The notes below the pieces were generated by a model. The model did not search any database. It saw nothing but the letters and a program-made list of their open reading frames with translations, and was not told the DNA's origin. A stretch of 57,390 bases of DNA, filler included, from Stramenopiles sp. TOSAG23-2 (taxonomy: Eukaryota): assembly GCA_900128395.1 (NCBI GenBank). It is 4 parts of 4 records of this genome, joined end to end, with 100 filler letters (N's around TTAATTAATTAA, not from the genome) between each part and the next. Parts side by side here need not be neighbours in the genome. Positions count along the whole stretch, not along the records: positions 1 to 14,309 come from LT649764.1; positions 14,410 to 28,700 come from LT649765.1; 2 more parts are not named here. One strand, given 5' to 3'. How positions within the stretch are numbered: the stretch's first letter is position 1; the number at the start of each line of letters is the position of its first letter. Positions 10,654-21,596 of this stretch are shown piece after piece. The translations under genes and the position numbers were made by a program.

Positions 10654-11557
10654 TATATATATATATATATAATATAATGTAATATAACTAGATAGTTTTC
10701 CATGTAACATCTAGTCTTGGTACAATTTTTCTGTTTATTTCTTTTTTTCTTTTTGATATGCAACATATTTATATTTGCAACATTTGCATTTTTTTCCCTT
10801 TTACGCATTCACTATACAGTATTATATATTAATATACTATAGTTATATATAGTGATAATAAAACATACATATAAATTATCGATAGTAAAAATATATTTTT
10901 ATACAAAAGTAATTTCATTTCTATAATTATTTTTCTATTGTGCTATCTTTCACAACGTGTATATATATATAACCCTCTTTCCCTTATCAATACAAGTACT
11001 TTTTTATTCTTCCATCATCAAACAACAAAAAAATAAAAATGGCTTGAATACCGAGTAGAGGTATATAAAAAATGTCCAATTTATGAATATAAAATAATAA
11101 ATTTAATATAAATATAATATAGGATACATAACATACTATATAAATTTAAATGGACCATTTAATTTACCCCAGCATTATATGTGGAATACTATTATTAATT
11201 TTTTTCTTCGTCCAACACTCACGCGGCACAATAACTTTTTCGCACACGGGATTATTTTAATTTAAGGGTTAATGAATATATTTATGATTGATATAGTACT
11301 TAGTTACAATAGAAATTTCAATGAATATGTAATTAATTATCCTTAACAATATAGAATTGTGGTCCAAATCAGTACAATTCACAGATTCACAGTGATATAT
11401 ATAAACTATTATATACATAGATGAAAGAGTATATAGAAGAGTTATTGAGTAGATTATATATATATATATATTGTTCTCGTTTATACTCACAGAATAACTG
11501 AAACATTTATTCGAATTGAAAACAATATTCTGTATAAAAAATTTGCGGACGCAAAAG

Positions 11558-12397
11558 ATGAGGACACGTACAACAAGGCCGGAGTACCCATGGAATGCAG
11601 ATAGGAGTGTACAACAAATATTGCCATACCTATACCAAGCTGGGGAGGAAATATTAGATGATGATGAGTTTTTAAAAAATCATAACATTGCATATATATT
11701 ATCAGTGACCACTACCATTACGCCAGAAACGAACGATAAACGGTTTGAATATTGCATGCATATCAAAGTGGAAGATGATAAAAGTGCAGAGATAGCAACA
11801 CATTTTAAATCTGCAATTGAGTTTATCACCTATGCAAGAACTGAAAACAAAGCTGTAGTTGTTCATTGCCAACAAGGTGTAAGCCGAAGTGGTGCTGTTA
11901 TATTAGCATATTTAATATTTCAATTGAAAGCTACGTTATATCAAGCATGGCATTATGTCGAAGGCATATGTAAAAAACACGTCGATCCAAATCTAGGATT
12001 CCAAAAACAATTGTTGGAATTTCAAAGTAGTACACACAATTATGAATTGAAAGATTTAGAAAAACAATATGTAAACAATGAAAAATTTAAAATATTACGT
12101 GAACATGATGAAAAATATATTGTTGATAAAGAAGAAAATTATTTAAAACTTTGTATAGATAACTTTTATGTAAAAGCAGAACAAGAAAATATAAATATTG
12201 ATGAAGGAACGGAAAGTAAATTAAATGAATATTTAAATGTAAATTTAAAAGCATTGGATATTAATAAATATCATTTCAATTTGGATCCTGCGAAATATAA
12301 TCCAAAATTACAAAAATTAATGAAACAGAAATTGCAATTGATCAATATACAAGAGAAAATCGATGTGGAAATTGCGAAACAAATGAGTAAATTGTAG
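11558..12397 (+). CDS. Dual-specificity protein phosphatase
   Basis: QILPYLYQ, active site VHCQQGVSRS, and PNLGFQKQL. First ATG at 11558. Confidence 0.9.
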   Translation: MRTRTTRPEYPWNADRSVQQILPYLYQAGEEILDDDEFLKNHNIAYILSVTTTITPETNDKRFEYCMHIKVEDDKSAEIATHFKSAIEFITYARTENKAVVVHCQQGVSRSGAVILAYLIFQLKATLYQAWHYVEGICKKHVDPNLGFQKQLLEFQSSTHNYELKDLEKQYVNNEKFKILREHDEKYIVDKEENYLKLCIDNFYVKAEQENINIDEGTESKLNEYLNVNLKALDINKYHFNLDPAKYNPKLQKLMKQKLQLINIQEKIDVEIAKQMSKL

Positions 12398-12838
12398 AGA
12401 GAGGGTGTGTTTGGTAAAAAGGTGGAAAAGCAAATTGGCATGATGTAAATGGTAGACGTGTACGTGTACGAGGCGATTATGGTGATTTATATGATTGAAT
12501 GAGACCAACAACTTTAAACTTGAACAACACACCCCACTATGTGAAACAAAAGCAGGTGTGAATGTTTATTTGATTGTTGATCTTGGGGAATAAGATGGTG
12601 TGTGAATAAAAAAATATGAAAAAAATACATTTTTATAGTTTGGTGTTTGATGGTTAAAATCTAAGTTATAATAATTTTACACTTCTCGCGTTTGGTGTTT
12701 TATAAAAATATACGCTTCGTACGCGAAGTGTCAAAAAAATTACTCGTGTAATATAAAAAAAAACAAAATTTGCACCACACCACATATTCAGTATATATAT
12801 ATATGCATTTTATTCTTTTAATTCTCTGGTCTCTCACA

Positions 12839-13262
12839 CAAGGTGCTAAACTTAAATAATTTTCATTGTGACTACTAGATCCGAGCTAAACATTCCCCAC
12901 CATGGTTGGGGGATGTTTAAGAAAATTTTTGAAATTTAAACGCATTTTCATTAAGAAGTCTTCATAATTTTCACTGTTTTATATAATTTTTTTATTAAAT
13001 TTTCTTTTCTTTTTCTTTTCTTTTTCCTTTGTTATTAGTGTTATTTGTTATTTCGGTAAATATAACACAATCGAATTATATGGACTGGATCACAGCCGGC
13101 TGATATTGTAAAAGTTGGACAAATTCGAAAATATTGCAAAATTTGAGTATTTTAAACCCTATTTTCAACTATATTAGTGCTATTTAGTGTATTTGTATTT
13201 TTAATTCTCAGCGAATTCTCATTGTGGGGTTCCACACGAAAACAGCTAAGTTTAGCACCTTG
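12839..13262. mobile_element. Non-autonomous hAT-type MITE (424 bp)
   Basis: Perfect 16-bp terminal inverted repeats CAAGGTGCTAAACTTA (12839-12854) and TAAGTTTAGCACCTTG (13247-13262). Exact 8-bp direct repeat CTCTCACA at 12831-12838 and 13263-13270. No ORF inside. Confidence 0.88.
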
Positions 13263-13272
13263 CTCTCACAAC

Positions 13273-14309
13273 TCAAATCCCACCCATCAATGCATATTTA
13301 ATTTCTAAATAATCATCCATCCCATATTTACTACCTTCACGACCAGTCCCAGATTCTTTAATACCACCAAATGGTGCCACTTCACTGGATAAAACACCTT
13401 CATTCACACCAACCATACCATATTCCAATGCTTCCGTCACACGGAAACTACGACCTAAATCTTTTGTATAAAAATATGCAGCAAGACCAGCGGATGTATC
13501 ATTTGCCAATTCAATAACTTCATTTTCTTCTTTAAAACGAATCAATGGTGCAACTGGGCCAAATGTTTCTTCATAGGAGCAACGCATTGATGGTGTGACA
13601 TCTGCTAATATAGTAGGTTTAAAGAAATTTTCCCCATTGTTAACAAGATCATCATTTGATTCAACTTGATATGCAAGCCTTGCACCTTGTTCAATTGCAT
13701 CTTTCACATGTTCCTCCACTTTTTCCACACCTCTTGAATTGATTAAAGGTCCAATAGTAACATCATCAGCTGCACCATTACCAATTTTAAATTTCCTAAC
13801 TTCATCAATTAATTTATTTAAAAATTCATCATATACTCCCTCTTGTACATATATACGATTTGCACATACACATGTTTGTCCAGCATTACGAAATTTTGAC
13901 AACAAAAGACCTTGGACAGCACTATCAAGATCTGCATCATCAAATACAATAAATGGTGCATTACCACCAGCTTCCAATGATACTTTTTTCATCGTACTAC
14001 TACATTTTTCTAACAATGTTTTTCCAACAGCAGTTGATCCAGTGAATGATAATTTACGAATTGATGGATGTGTACTTAATGCATTGCCAATTGTTGCTGC
14101 ATCACTTCGATCCCCTGTAACTACATTAAAGACACCATCTGGTATTCCAGCTCTGATACCTAATTCAGCTAATGCTAATGCGGATAATGGTGTATCTTCA
14201 CTTGGTTTACATACAATTGTACATCCAGCTGCTAATGCTGGTCCTGCTTTACGTGTAATCATTGCACTCGGAAAGTTCCATGGGGTAATCATTGCAGCTA
14301 CACCGATTC
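13273..14309 (-). CDS. ALDH5A1: Succinate-semialdehyde dehydrogenase, 5'-truncated by contig end
   Basis: ITPWNFPSAMITRK, FTGSTAVG, LEAGGNAP, FRNAGQTCVC, EETFGP, PFGGIKESG. Confidence 0.92.
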
Positions 14310-14409
14310 NNNNNNNNNNNNNNNNNNNNNNNNNNNNNNNNNNNNNNNNNNNNTTAATTAATTAANNNNNNNNNNNNNNNNNNNNNNNNNNNNNNNNNNN
14401 NNNNNNNNN
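14310..14409. other. Artificial contig linker
   Basis: 44 N + TTAATTAATTAA (stops in all six frames) + 44 N. Confidence 0.97.
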
Positions 14410-14489
14410 ACAATTAAATGCTATACAACAATATAAAAGAGATGGATCAAACGGGTATCAACAAGTGGAAGGGATGTCGATATGGACTA

Positions 14490-14532
14490 CATCTGTACTG
14501 CGTCTTCGCTTCGCGAAGACGCAGTACAGATG
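14490..14532. repeat. Perfect 20-bp-stem hairpin
   Basis: CATCTGTACTGCGTCTTCGC-ttc-GCGAAGACGCAGTACAGATG. Confidence 0.95.
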
Positions 14533-15011
14533 GTAAGCGAAGAGGCGAGGATCTCGACTAGATATGGACCGAATATTAATTAATATAATATATATTTATA
14601 TACTACCAACTACAATACCCTATCCATTTATATTACCGATCATCAATAATAACAACATAATAATAAACAAATATACACACAGAGGAAAAAGCTTATACAA
14701 TACAAATATATACAAATCCCATCTCTCGTCGAGATCGTTTATTTGCATTTTACTCAAAATATAAATCGTTCTATATCTACATATCGTCACGTTGTTGCTA
14801 CATATCATTTACTAATATCAACATCAAACACCTTCGTTATAATTTATATTATATATTGCGTAGATATTTTGTATTTTCAGTATTATTACGTCAGTATTAT
14901 TACGTCATCATTACAAAAATTATTAAAACAACATTCAATATAAATTCACACGCCCAAAATAATAATAATAATACCTTTTATATAAACAAATATAAAACAA
15001 TACACACCATC

Positions 15012-17090
15012 ATGACTACGTACAATCAATTGTCCTACACCAAGATCATTGACATCCTCTCTAAATGGAAAGATGAATATCCAAATTTAATTAAAATATA
15101 CAATGCACAAGATACGTTTGGTATACCATCACCTGGTACATGTGCATCTTTTTTACCTTGTAAACAATATTATTTTAGAATTACCAATGAAAATACATTA
15201 CCAGATATTTATCGACCGGAAGTATTTTTTTCCGGTGCATTACATGGCAATGAACGTGTTGGCCCAACAGCAGTTGTTGAATTTGCAAGGATATTATTAG
15301 AAAATTACAATGAACCAGATGTTAAAAAACAAAGTGCATGGTTGAAAAAATTAGTCGATACTCGTTCTATTTATATCATGCCAAGTGCAAATGCAATAGG
15401 ATATTATAAAAACACTAGAGAAGAAAATGGGATTGATCCAAATCGTGATTTTCCATATAATCAAGATCCAGATAAATGTATGAAAACAACAGCTGCACGT
15501 GCTGTGAATGAGTTATGGCGAGAACATATTTTTCAATTATCATTAACATTTCATGCAGGGGAAATAAGTCTTGATTATGAATGGGGTGCATATAATCATC
15601 CACCACCAAATGATCAATCACCAGATGAACGTGGTTTTAAACAATTAGCAGAAACAAGCAGTAAATTTGCAAATCGTTTTGGTAATGTAAAACAATACCC
15701 AACAGCTAGATTAGGTAGAGATCCATATGATGTAAATGGTGGTATGGAAGATTGGGCATATGCAGCATCATGGGAAACGGAATATATTAAACCATGCCAA
15801 CCAATCAATCATTTTAATGGATATGATATATCAAAAACAATTTATAATAATGTATCCAATCGTGCCATGAATTTTTTAGTAGAAACAAGTAATAATAAAG
15901 ATCCATCTAGTACATTGTATGGGACAAAAGAATCTGTATTTAATCCATCCGATAGAATTAATAATGGGCATTGTTCTAGAAATATTCGTTTAGCTATGAT
16001 GATGACGGAAATGGTACAACCATATATACATATAATAAATGAACCAATGTTAATTGCAAAAAGTAATGATAATAATCCTACAAATGATTTAGAATTATTA
16101 CAACATACATATGAATGGGATGTTGGTGGTGCATTTATGGTTGATCAAACTGATTTAATATGGTCGTATTGGCCGAAAGATAAATTCAATGGAAAATCAT
16201 GTCATTGCTATACAAAAAATCACGAGAAATTACATGGGCAACGACCTGGATATGGATTAGATCATTCCAAATTAAAATTCAATATTGCAAATTCATTTAA
16301 AAATTCACCAACTAGATGGATTAATCAACCCGATTATAAAATTAAAAATCGTTTTTTAAAACAATTTAATGGTGGAAAACTTCCACTTGGTACGGATATT
16401 ACATTAAATGATGGTCAAGAACTTGTCGTATTTATACGTGCAAAAGTAGATTCAACATGGGGCCATGAGAAAATATCAAATGCATTTCCAAAAGTAAATC
16501 CACAATCTCATGTTGTACAAAATCGTATAAATCGTAGTTGGTATGGTAAATCAGATGATGGATGCCATGGTATACAAGGACGTGAATGGGTATATTCCGT
16601 ACCGATTTGTATTAGTAATGATGGTGGTGGTGGTGGTGGCGGTGGTATTGATAGTGATGAAAAATTTGCTTGCAACGCATTTTTAAATGATTTTCAAGCC
16701 TCGCAAAATAGAATACAATTAAAATGTCCTGATCAACTATCAAATAATATTAATAATCAACATATTATTTTTGGTATTGATCAAGGTTTATTTATTTTTT
16801 TGGTAATTGTCTTTGGTTTATTATCATTAGCATTTGCATTGTATTGTAAATATTTTCGTCGTTATGGTTTGTTGAAATCATGTATACGTAATAGAAAATT
16901 AGATTCATATATGAAATCAACTACGAACGATGGTTATTTTGATGATGTTCATGTTAATAATGGTGATCGAACAATGATGGTAATCGAATCGTATGAAGAT
17001 CAACATATTGATGTGAATGATGTGATTGTAAGTGACGAAGAGGATGGTGTTGATGGTGGTGATGGTGGGATAGAAATGACAGAGAAGTGA
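15012..17090 (+). CDS. M14 zinc carboxypeptidase with C-terminal transmembrane helix
   Basis: GALHGNE zinc motif, NGIDPNRDFP, TFHAG, GGMEDWAY, and TM segment LFIFLVIVFGLLSLAFALYC. First ATG at 15012; the true 5' end is uncertain. Confidence 0.88.
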   Translation: MTTYNQLSYTKIIDILSKWKDEYPNLIKIYNAQDTFGIPSPGTCASFLPCKQYYFRITNENTLPDIYRPEVFFSGALHGNERVGPTAVVEFARILLENYNEPDVKKQSAWLKKLVDTRSIYIMPSANAIGYYKNTREENGIDPNRDFPYNQDPDKCMKTTAARAVNELWREHIFQLSLTFHAGEISLDYEWGAYNHPPPNDQSPDERGFKQLAETSSKFANRFGNVKQYPTARLGRDPYDVNGGMEDWAYAASWETEYIKPCQPINHFNGYDISKTIYNNVSNRAMNFLVETSNNKDPSSTLYGTKESVFNPSDRINNGHCSRNIRLAMMMTEMVQPYIHIINEPMLIAKSNDNNPTNDLELLQHTYEWDVGGAFMVDQTDLIWSYWPKDKFNGKSCHCYTKNHEKLHGQRPGYGLDHSKLKFNIANSFKNSPTRWINQPDYKIKNRFLKQFNGGKLPLGTDITLNDGQELVVFIRAKVDSTWGHEKISNAFPKVNPQSHVVQNRINRSWYGKSDDGCHGIQGREWVYSVPICISNDGGGGGGGGIDSDEKFACNAFLNDFQASQNRIQLKCPDQLSNNINNQHIIFGIDQGLFIFLVIVFGLLSLAFALYCKYFRRYGLLKSCIRNRKLDSYMKSTTNDGYFDDVHVNNGDRTMMVIESYEDQHIDVNDVIVSDEEDGVDGGDGGIEMTEK

Positions 17091-17517
17091 TTTTTAAAGG
17101 ATAAGAAGGGGGGGGGGAGTAAATTTAGATTTAGAGAGATTTAGAGATCAATACTGGGTATTAACAAATTTATATTTTTTATAACATAGGCCAACAATAA
17201 TATTTTAAAATAAAATATGATTATGATACGTCCCGTTTTTAAAAAAAAATATAAAAGTTTTTAATATTTTTACCTTTTAGTTTTTAACCACCTCACTCTC
17301 TTCCACTCTTCTCGTTCTGTGTTTTTAAAAATATTTTCTTTATATTTAATACACACAATACACATATTAATTTAAATTCTTTACACAGCTCAAACGTCTG
17401 CGTTAATATTTAAGTCCGCATAACATCGGGTCCTCCCTTTTTCTTTTTGTATTTAATTAGCATGTGTCGTTTAATTTGCATGTAAAAAAAGATGTATTAT
17501 CGTTTGTTCACTTAAAA

Positions 17518-17801
17518 TTACATTGGTGGTGCAGGTGACCATGCTTGTTGTACAACAACTAAATATTCTGTATGGACACCAATTAATACTTCTTTACTTT
17601 GTGTACGTAATCTGAAAAAGTTCAAATCATCTGTTGGATCTAAATCTCGGACTACACCACGTGCTAATTTCGCTAATTTAGCTAACTTTTCCCCTTGGAT
17701 TTCTGAATCATCTGATACAGGATGTGAACGTAATACTTCCCATTTTCCGCTATATGTATTAATTTATTATGTATATTGTGTTAGTAATTGAATGAATGAA
17801 T

Positions 17802-17832
<31 letters not shown>

Positions 17833-17963
17833 CATACATATATACGTAGATAGACAGAGGGATAGATAGATGGAAACACGTACCTTTGTAATCCTAATAT
17901 TATATAACGTTCTGAACCTTTATGGTTTTTAATTCGTTCAATGATTTCTTCAATTTCCGACAT
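17518..17963 (-). CDS. DYNLRB: Dynein light chain, roadblock/LC7 family (2 exons)
   Basis: Exons 17963-17884 and 17749-17518, intron GTACGT...ATAG. The spliced product MSEIEEIIERIKNHKG...VVRDLDPTDDLNFFRLRTQSKEVLI...YLVVVQQ has the roadblock signature. The ORF track shows only exon 1. Confidence 0.9.
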
Positions 17964-18489
17964 GTTTTTTATTATTATTATTAATATATCTGTTCTAAAA
18001 TATGAATATATATATGATCTCTCTGTCTCTCTTCAAAATACAAAAAAAAAAAAACCACACACAGGAATATACACAACTCGATACACACGTAGCACGTTTA
18101 AATTTAAAAGAATTATATATTCACAAATCGTCTAAGACACTTTCTTTTTTACCACTCAACCTTTCTACTTTACTAACTATGAACTATATGTACATATATA
18201 TGTACATATATGTATATTTATGTATTTACAAGTTCATTTCACTATTAAATGACTAATAAACCAATTTTAAAACTAATTTTCCGATATTAAGACCAGCAAT
18301 TACATCATATTTAAATGTTATTATGATAGTTATATCTAGGCACAAATACTATTTTTTATGTACTACATTACCATCATAAATTTGAAAGATGGAAAATAAT
18401 TTTTTTGTGTTTTTTTTTGCCGTTGTACCAGTGTACGTATTTGAATTTTTGTCATTACGATCCGTGCATAGTATTTACCTGCTAGAGGC

Positions 18490-18660
18490 TTACATAGCAT
18501 TGCAATGGTGGTATTTCTATATTATACCATTCATTGGTGATATTCCCATGTTATATCTATATTACACTACATAGCATTAGCAATGATATTGTATAGCAAC
18601 AGCAATGATATTCCTATATTATATCTAAAACACTACATAGCATTAACAAGGATATATTCC
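18490..18660. repeat. Degenerate direct repeats
   Basis: TGATATTCC...TTATATCTA...ACACTACATAGCATTA occurs twice (~18538 and ~18606), and ACATAGCATT recurs, including near 18885. Confidence 0.6.
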
Positions 18661-19249
18661 TGAAAAATTTGTTATATTAGGGTTTCATAAATGCCAAATA
18701 ATGGCCACGAAATAGCATCACACAGCACTCACTACAATTTGCTAGTACGTACACACCATTAGTAATGTTATTCCATGCTAAGTTCAAAATTGGCCATACC
18801 ACACACACAGCATGGGCTAAAATACATCAATAAATTATATCGATACACTATTGGAAAATGGGTCTCACTATTTCCAGTAGCATGACATAGCATTACATCG
18901 TATTATATAGGTAATCGATAGTAATTAGTCTACATAAAGTATAAGTGGCATATATAAGTTAAAAGTTTTGATATAAATACATATATTAGCACACATATAT
19001 TACATTTTATCAAATGGTATATATAATAGATGGAAATGTTGAATGCAAAGCGAATGATACAGATAGTCGTCAATGGAAAGAAGGTTGTTTACCACTAATT
19101 AGATCAATTTGTTTTTACATCGTCCTTTCATCCGTTCCAGCGTTCGTTCTTTCTCTCGTTCTCCATCCCCCTTGCCATAGTTACCTGGATTGAATAAATA
19201 CTATATATTTGGTATTTAAAATAATACAATACATATACATACATACAAG

Positions 19250-20290
19250 ATGTACCAACCAAATCAATTTACATCAACGAAAACAAAAGAGTTACATGAG
19301 AAAATCGATGAAATTATTGATAGTATTGCAAAACGTGATGTAACGATGGATATACATAATGTCAATGTTGATTTTAATTTTCAAAATAATACTAGTACGA
19401 ATAATAACAACAACAACGAGGATGATGATGATAAAACAATAATGATTAAAAACATTGGTTCATTAATTGATTATCAATTAACAAATTTAATTAATGCCAT
19501 TAATTCTGGTAGTAAAAAAAATGCATTGAATATGTCTATGAATTTTGCAACCTCCATACGAAAAACGTTAAAGGATTATATTATATACATGAAAAAAGAA
19601 GATAAAACATTGATCAAACAATTAAAACAATTACATACAAATGTTAATAATGTCGATGCACATTTATATCGTGCAGAATTAACTAGTCAAGAAAGTGTTA
19701 AACGGGCATTAAATGAAGTTAAGCAAAAAAAATTATTACAATCAAAATTAGAATTATATATATCACAACAGCATCGACAACGAAAAGATCAAATGCAACG
19801 AGAACAAGAAAAAGACCTGAAAGATGATGAAGACGATCATCAAATGGAATCTAGTTCAAGAAATTATTATAATAATAACAAAGTATTGTCAAATGAATCA
19901 AGTAGAAATTATCAACGTCGTTTTGATGATTATATTGATATATTTCAAAGTAATTTAAATGCAATGCGTGATAAATTTCATAATGTTGAACAAATCATAT
20001 CACTACAAAAAACAAAACAAAAGGAAGAAATTGAATCATTATTATATGAGAATAACCGTATGAAAACAGAAATCGGTTATTACAATTTGAAACATGATGA
20101 TGATGATGATGATGATAAAGAGCCATTTGGTCGTTTTAGCTTACAATCATCTATTCATACATCGTCATCAAGTTATAATAATTTTAATCAAACAAGAGAT
20201 GATCATACAACTACAAACAACGATCTAGAACGGTTATTAAAACGTGTGGAAAGTAAAATAATTCATGCAAAAGAACATGATTTGTTGTAA
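19250..20290 (+). CDS. Hypothetical coiled-coil protein
   Basis: 346-aa ATG-initiated ORF with Q/K/E/L-rich heptads and the poly-N/D tracts seen in other genes here. Confidence 0.7.
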   Translation: MYQPNQFTSTKTKELHEKIDEIIDSIAKRDVTMDIHNVNVDFNFQNNTSTNNNNNNEDDDDKTIMIKNIGSLIDYQLTNLINAINSGSKKNALNMSMNFATSIRKTLKDYIIYMKKEDKTLIKQLKQLHTNVNNVDAHLYRAELTSQESVKRALNEVKQKKLLQSKLELYISQQHRQRKDQMQREQEKDLKDDEDDHQMESSSRNYYNNNKVLSNESSRNYQRRFDDYIDIFQSNLNAMRDKFHNVEQIISLQKTKQKEEIESLLYENNRMKTEIGYYNLKHDDDDDDDKEPFGRFSLQSSIHTSSSSYNNFNQTRDDHTTTNNDLERLLKRVESKIIHAKEHDLL

Positions 20291-20738
20291 CGCGTAATAT
20301 AGTATGTGGTAATCTGGGTTACTCTGGACACCAGAGATTTTCCTTGCCAGTACCCTGACAAGGAAAACAAATCTAGGTCCTATTGACTTTTGAAGTATTT
20401 GGAATGTGGAGCATGATGGAGCATGGAGCATCGGAGTAAATGGGTTAAGATATATATATATAGGAGTGATGTTTGTACTTGTGAGCGTGTAAGAATACTA
20501 ATAAAATATATATATTTCAAATTTCAAAAAAATTCTAATAAAATCCTAAATCCCACGACAACATATACCGGATACACACACATATATGTCATATCCGGAA
20601 TAATAACAGAATTAGTTAAGAGAAAAACTACACGCATATTGTCAAGAAAAATTTGGTAAACTTGACTATTTGTAAAACGTCAGAAGATTTTAATAACTTT
20701 GACTACCTATATATATATATATATAGAAGATAGATATT

Positions 20739-21596
20739 ATGGATAAATCAATCATGCAAAGTATTGCATATGAGGCTATGAATTATTCTTGGTGCGGTAG
20801 TGATGCGGAATTGTTACCGGCAAGTGAATTGATGACTACAAATTATCGTATATTATTGCAAACATTTCCAGATTGTTATGGAAAGTCACGACAAGAAGTT
20901 TCAGAATTGTTCACAAAGAAAAAAGATTTCATGAATTTCATAACAAATATAGCATCCGGTGGTGGTTTAATGCAGTTTTTAAATATGGACCCGTGGAGTA
21001 GAAGAAAAAAAGCGGATCTAGTGAAAAAAGTAGTTCAAGAAGCAGAAGCAGCAACACGTCGAATCAGAGAAATCAAACAAATGAAAGTATGGGACTGGCC
21101 ATTTGAAACGGAATCAAGTTGGGGTCCAAGTGGCAAATTGGTTTGTAATTGGATGGCAAATGAAAAAGCTAAAAATCCAAAAAAATTTGAAGCTAAAAAG
21201 CCAGTACCAGCTCCATTAACGGTGAATATTAAACATCATTTAACCGGTGAATTGTATTCATTTAAAGTAAATAATCTGATTCCTATCAGTACTTTGTTTA
21301 AAGTGTATTCGAATAAAACTGGTTTGCAGCAGCATACGATGAAATTTAAATATAACGATGAAGTATTTGGATATGCCAATAAAAAATTCAATGGTAGTAA
21401 ATCGTTAAAAAAGATGAAATTTAAAGATAATCAAACGTTGGAATATACAGTTAACTTGCCTGAATTATATTTAGGTGCTGTTGAAGATGAGGTGAAATAC
21501 TTGGGTATTACATCTGCACTTACCAGTTCATCATCATCATCAGGAGAAGGATCAATGAATGAACCAAAACGAAAAAAAACAAAAAGAAGTCCATAG
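20739..21596 (+). CDS. Protein with SUMO-like (ubiquitin-fold) domain and C-terminal NLS
   Basis: LTVNIKHHLTGELYSFKVNNLIPISTLFKVYSNKTGLQQHTMKFKYND resembles SUMO/Rad60-SLD. Ends PKRKKTKRSP, with no terminal di-Gly. Confidence 0.65.
   Translation: MDKSIMQSIAYEAMNYSWCGSDAELLPASELMTTNYRILLQTFPDCYGKSRQEVSELFTKKKDFMNFITNIASGGGLMQFLNMDPWSRRKKADLVKKVVQEAEAATRRIREIKQMKVWDWPFETESSWGPSGKLVCNWMANEKAKNPKKFEAKKPVPAPLTVNIKHHLTGELYSFKVNNLIPISTLFKVYSNKTGLQQHTMKFKYNDEVFGYANKKFNGSKSLKKMKFKDNQTLEYTVNLPELYLGAVEDEVKYLGITSALTSSSSSSGEGSMNEPKRKKTKRSP

Noticed and set aside
14354-14365. TTAATTAATTAA as a biological motif (also 28745 and 43110)
   Set aside because: It is a synthetic six-frame-stop linker inside N runs. 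The ORF ends reading 'XLIN' are artefacts.
13739-14365. 208-aa plus-strand ORF and similar short antisense ORFs throughout
   Set aside because: These are shadows of well-supported genes on the opposite strand and carry no motifs.
14856-15011. N-terminal extensions from non-ATG starts (also 9520, 11516, 47964)
   Set aside because: TTG/GTG starts running through AT-rich, UTR-like sequence. The first ATG was preferred.
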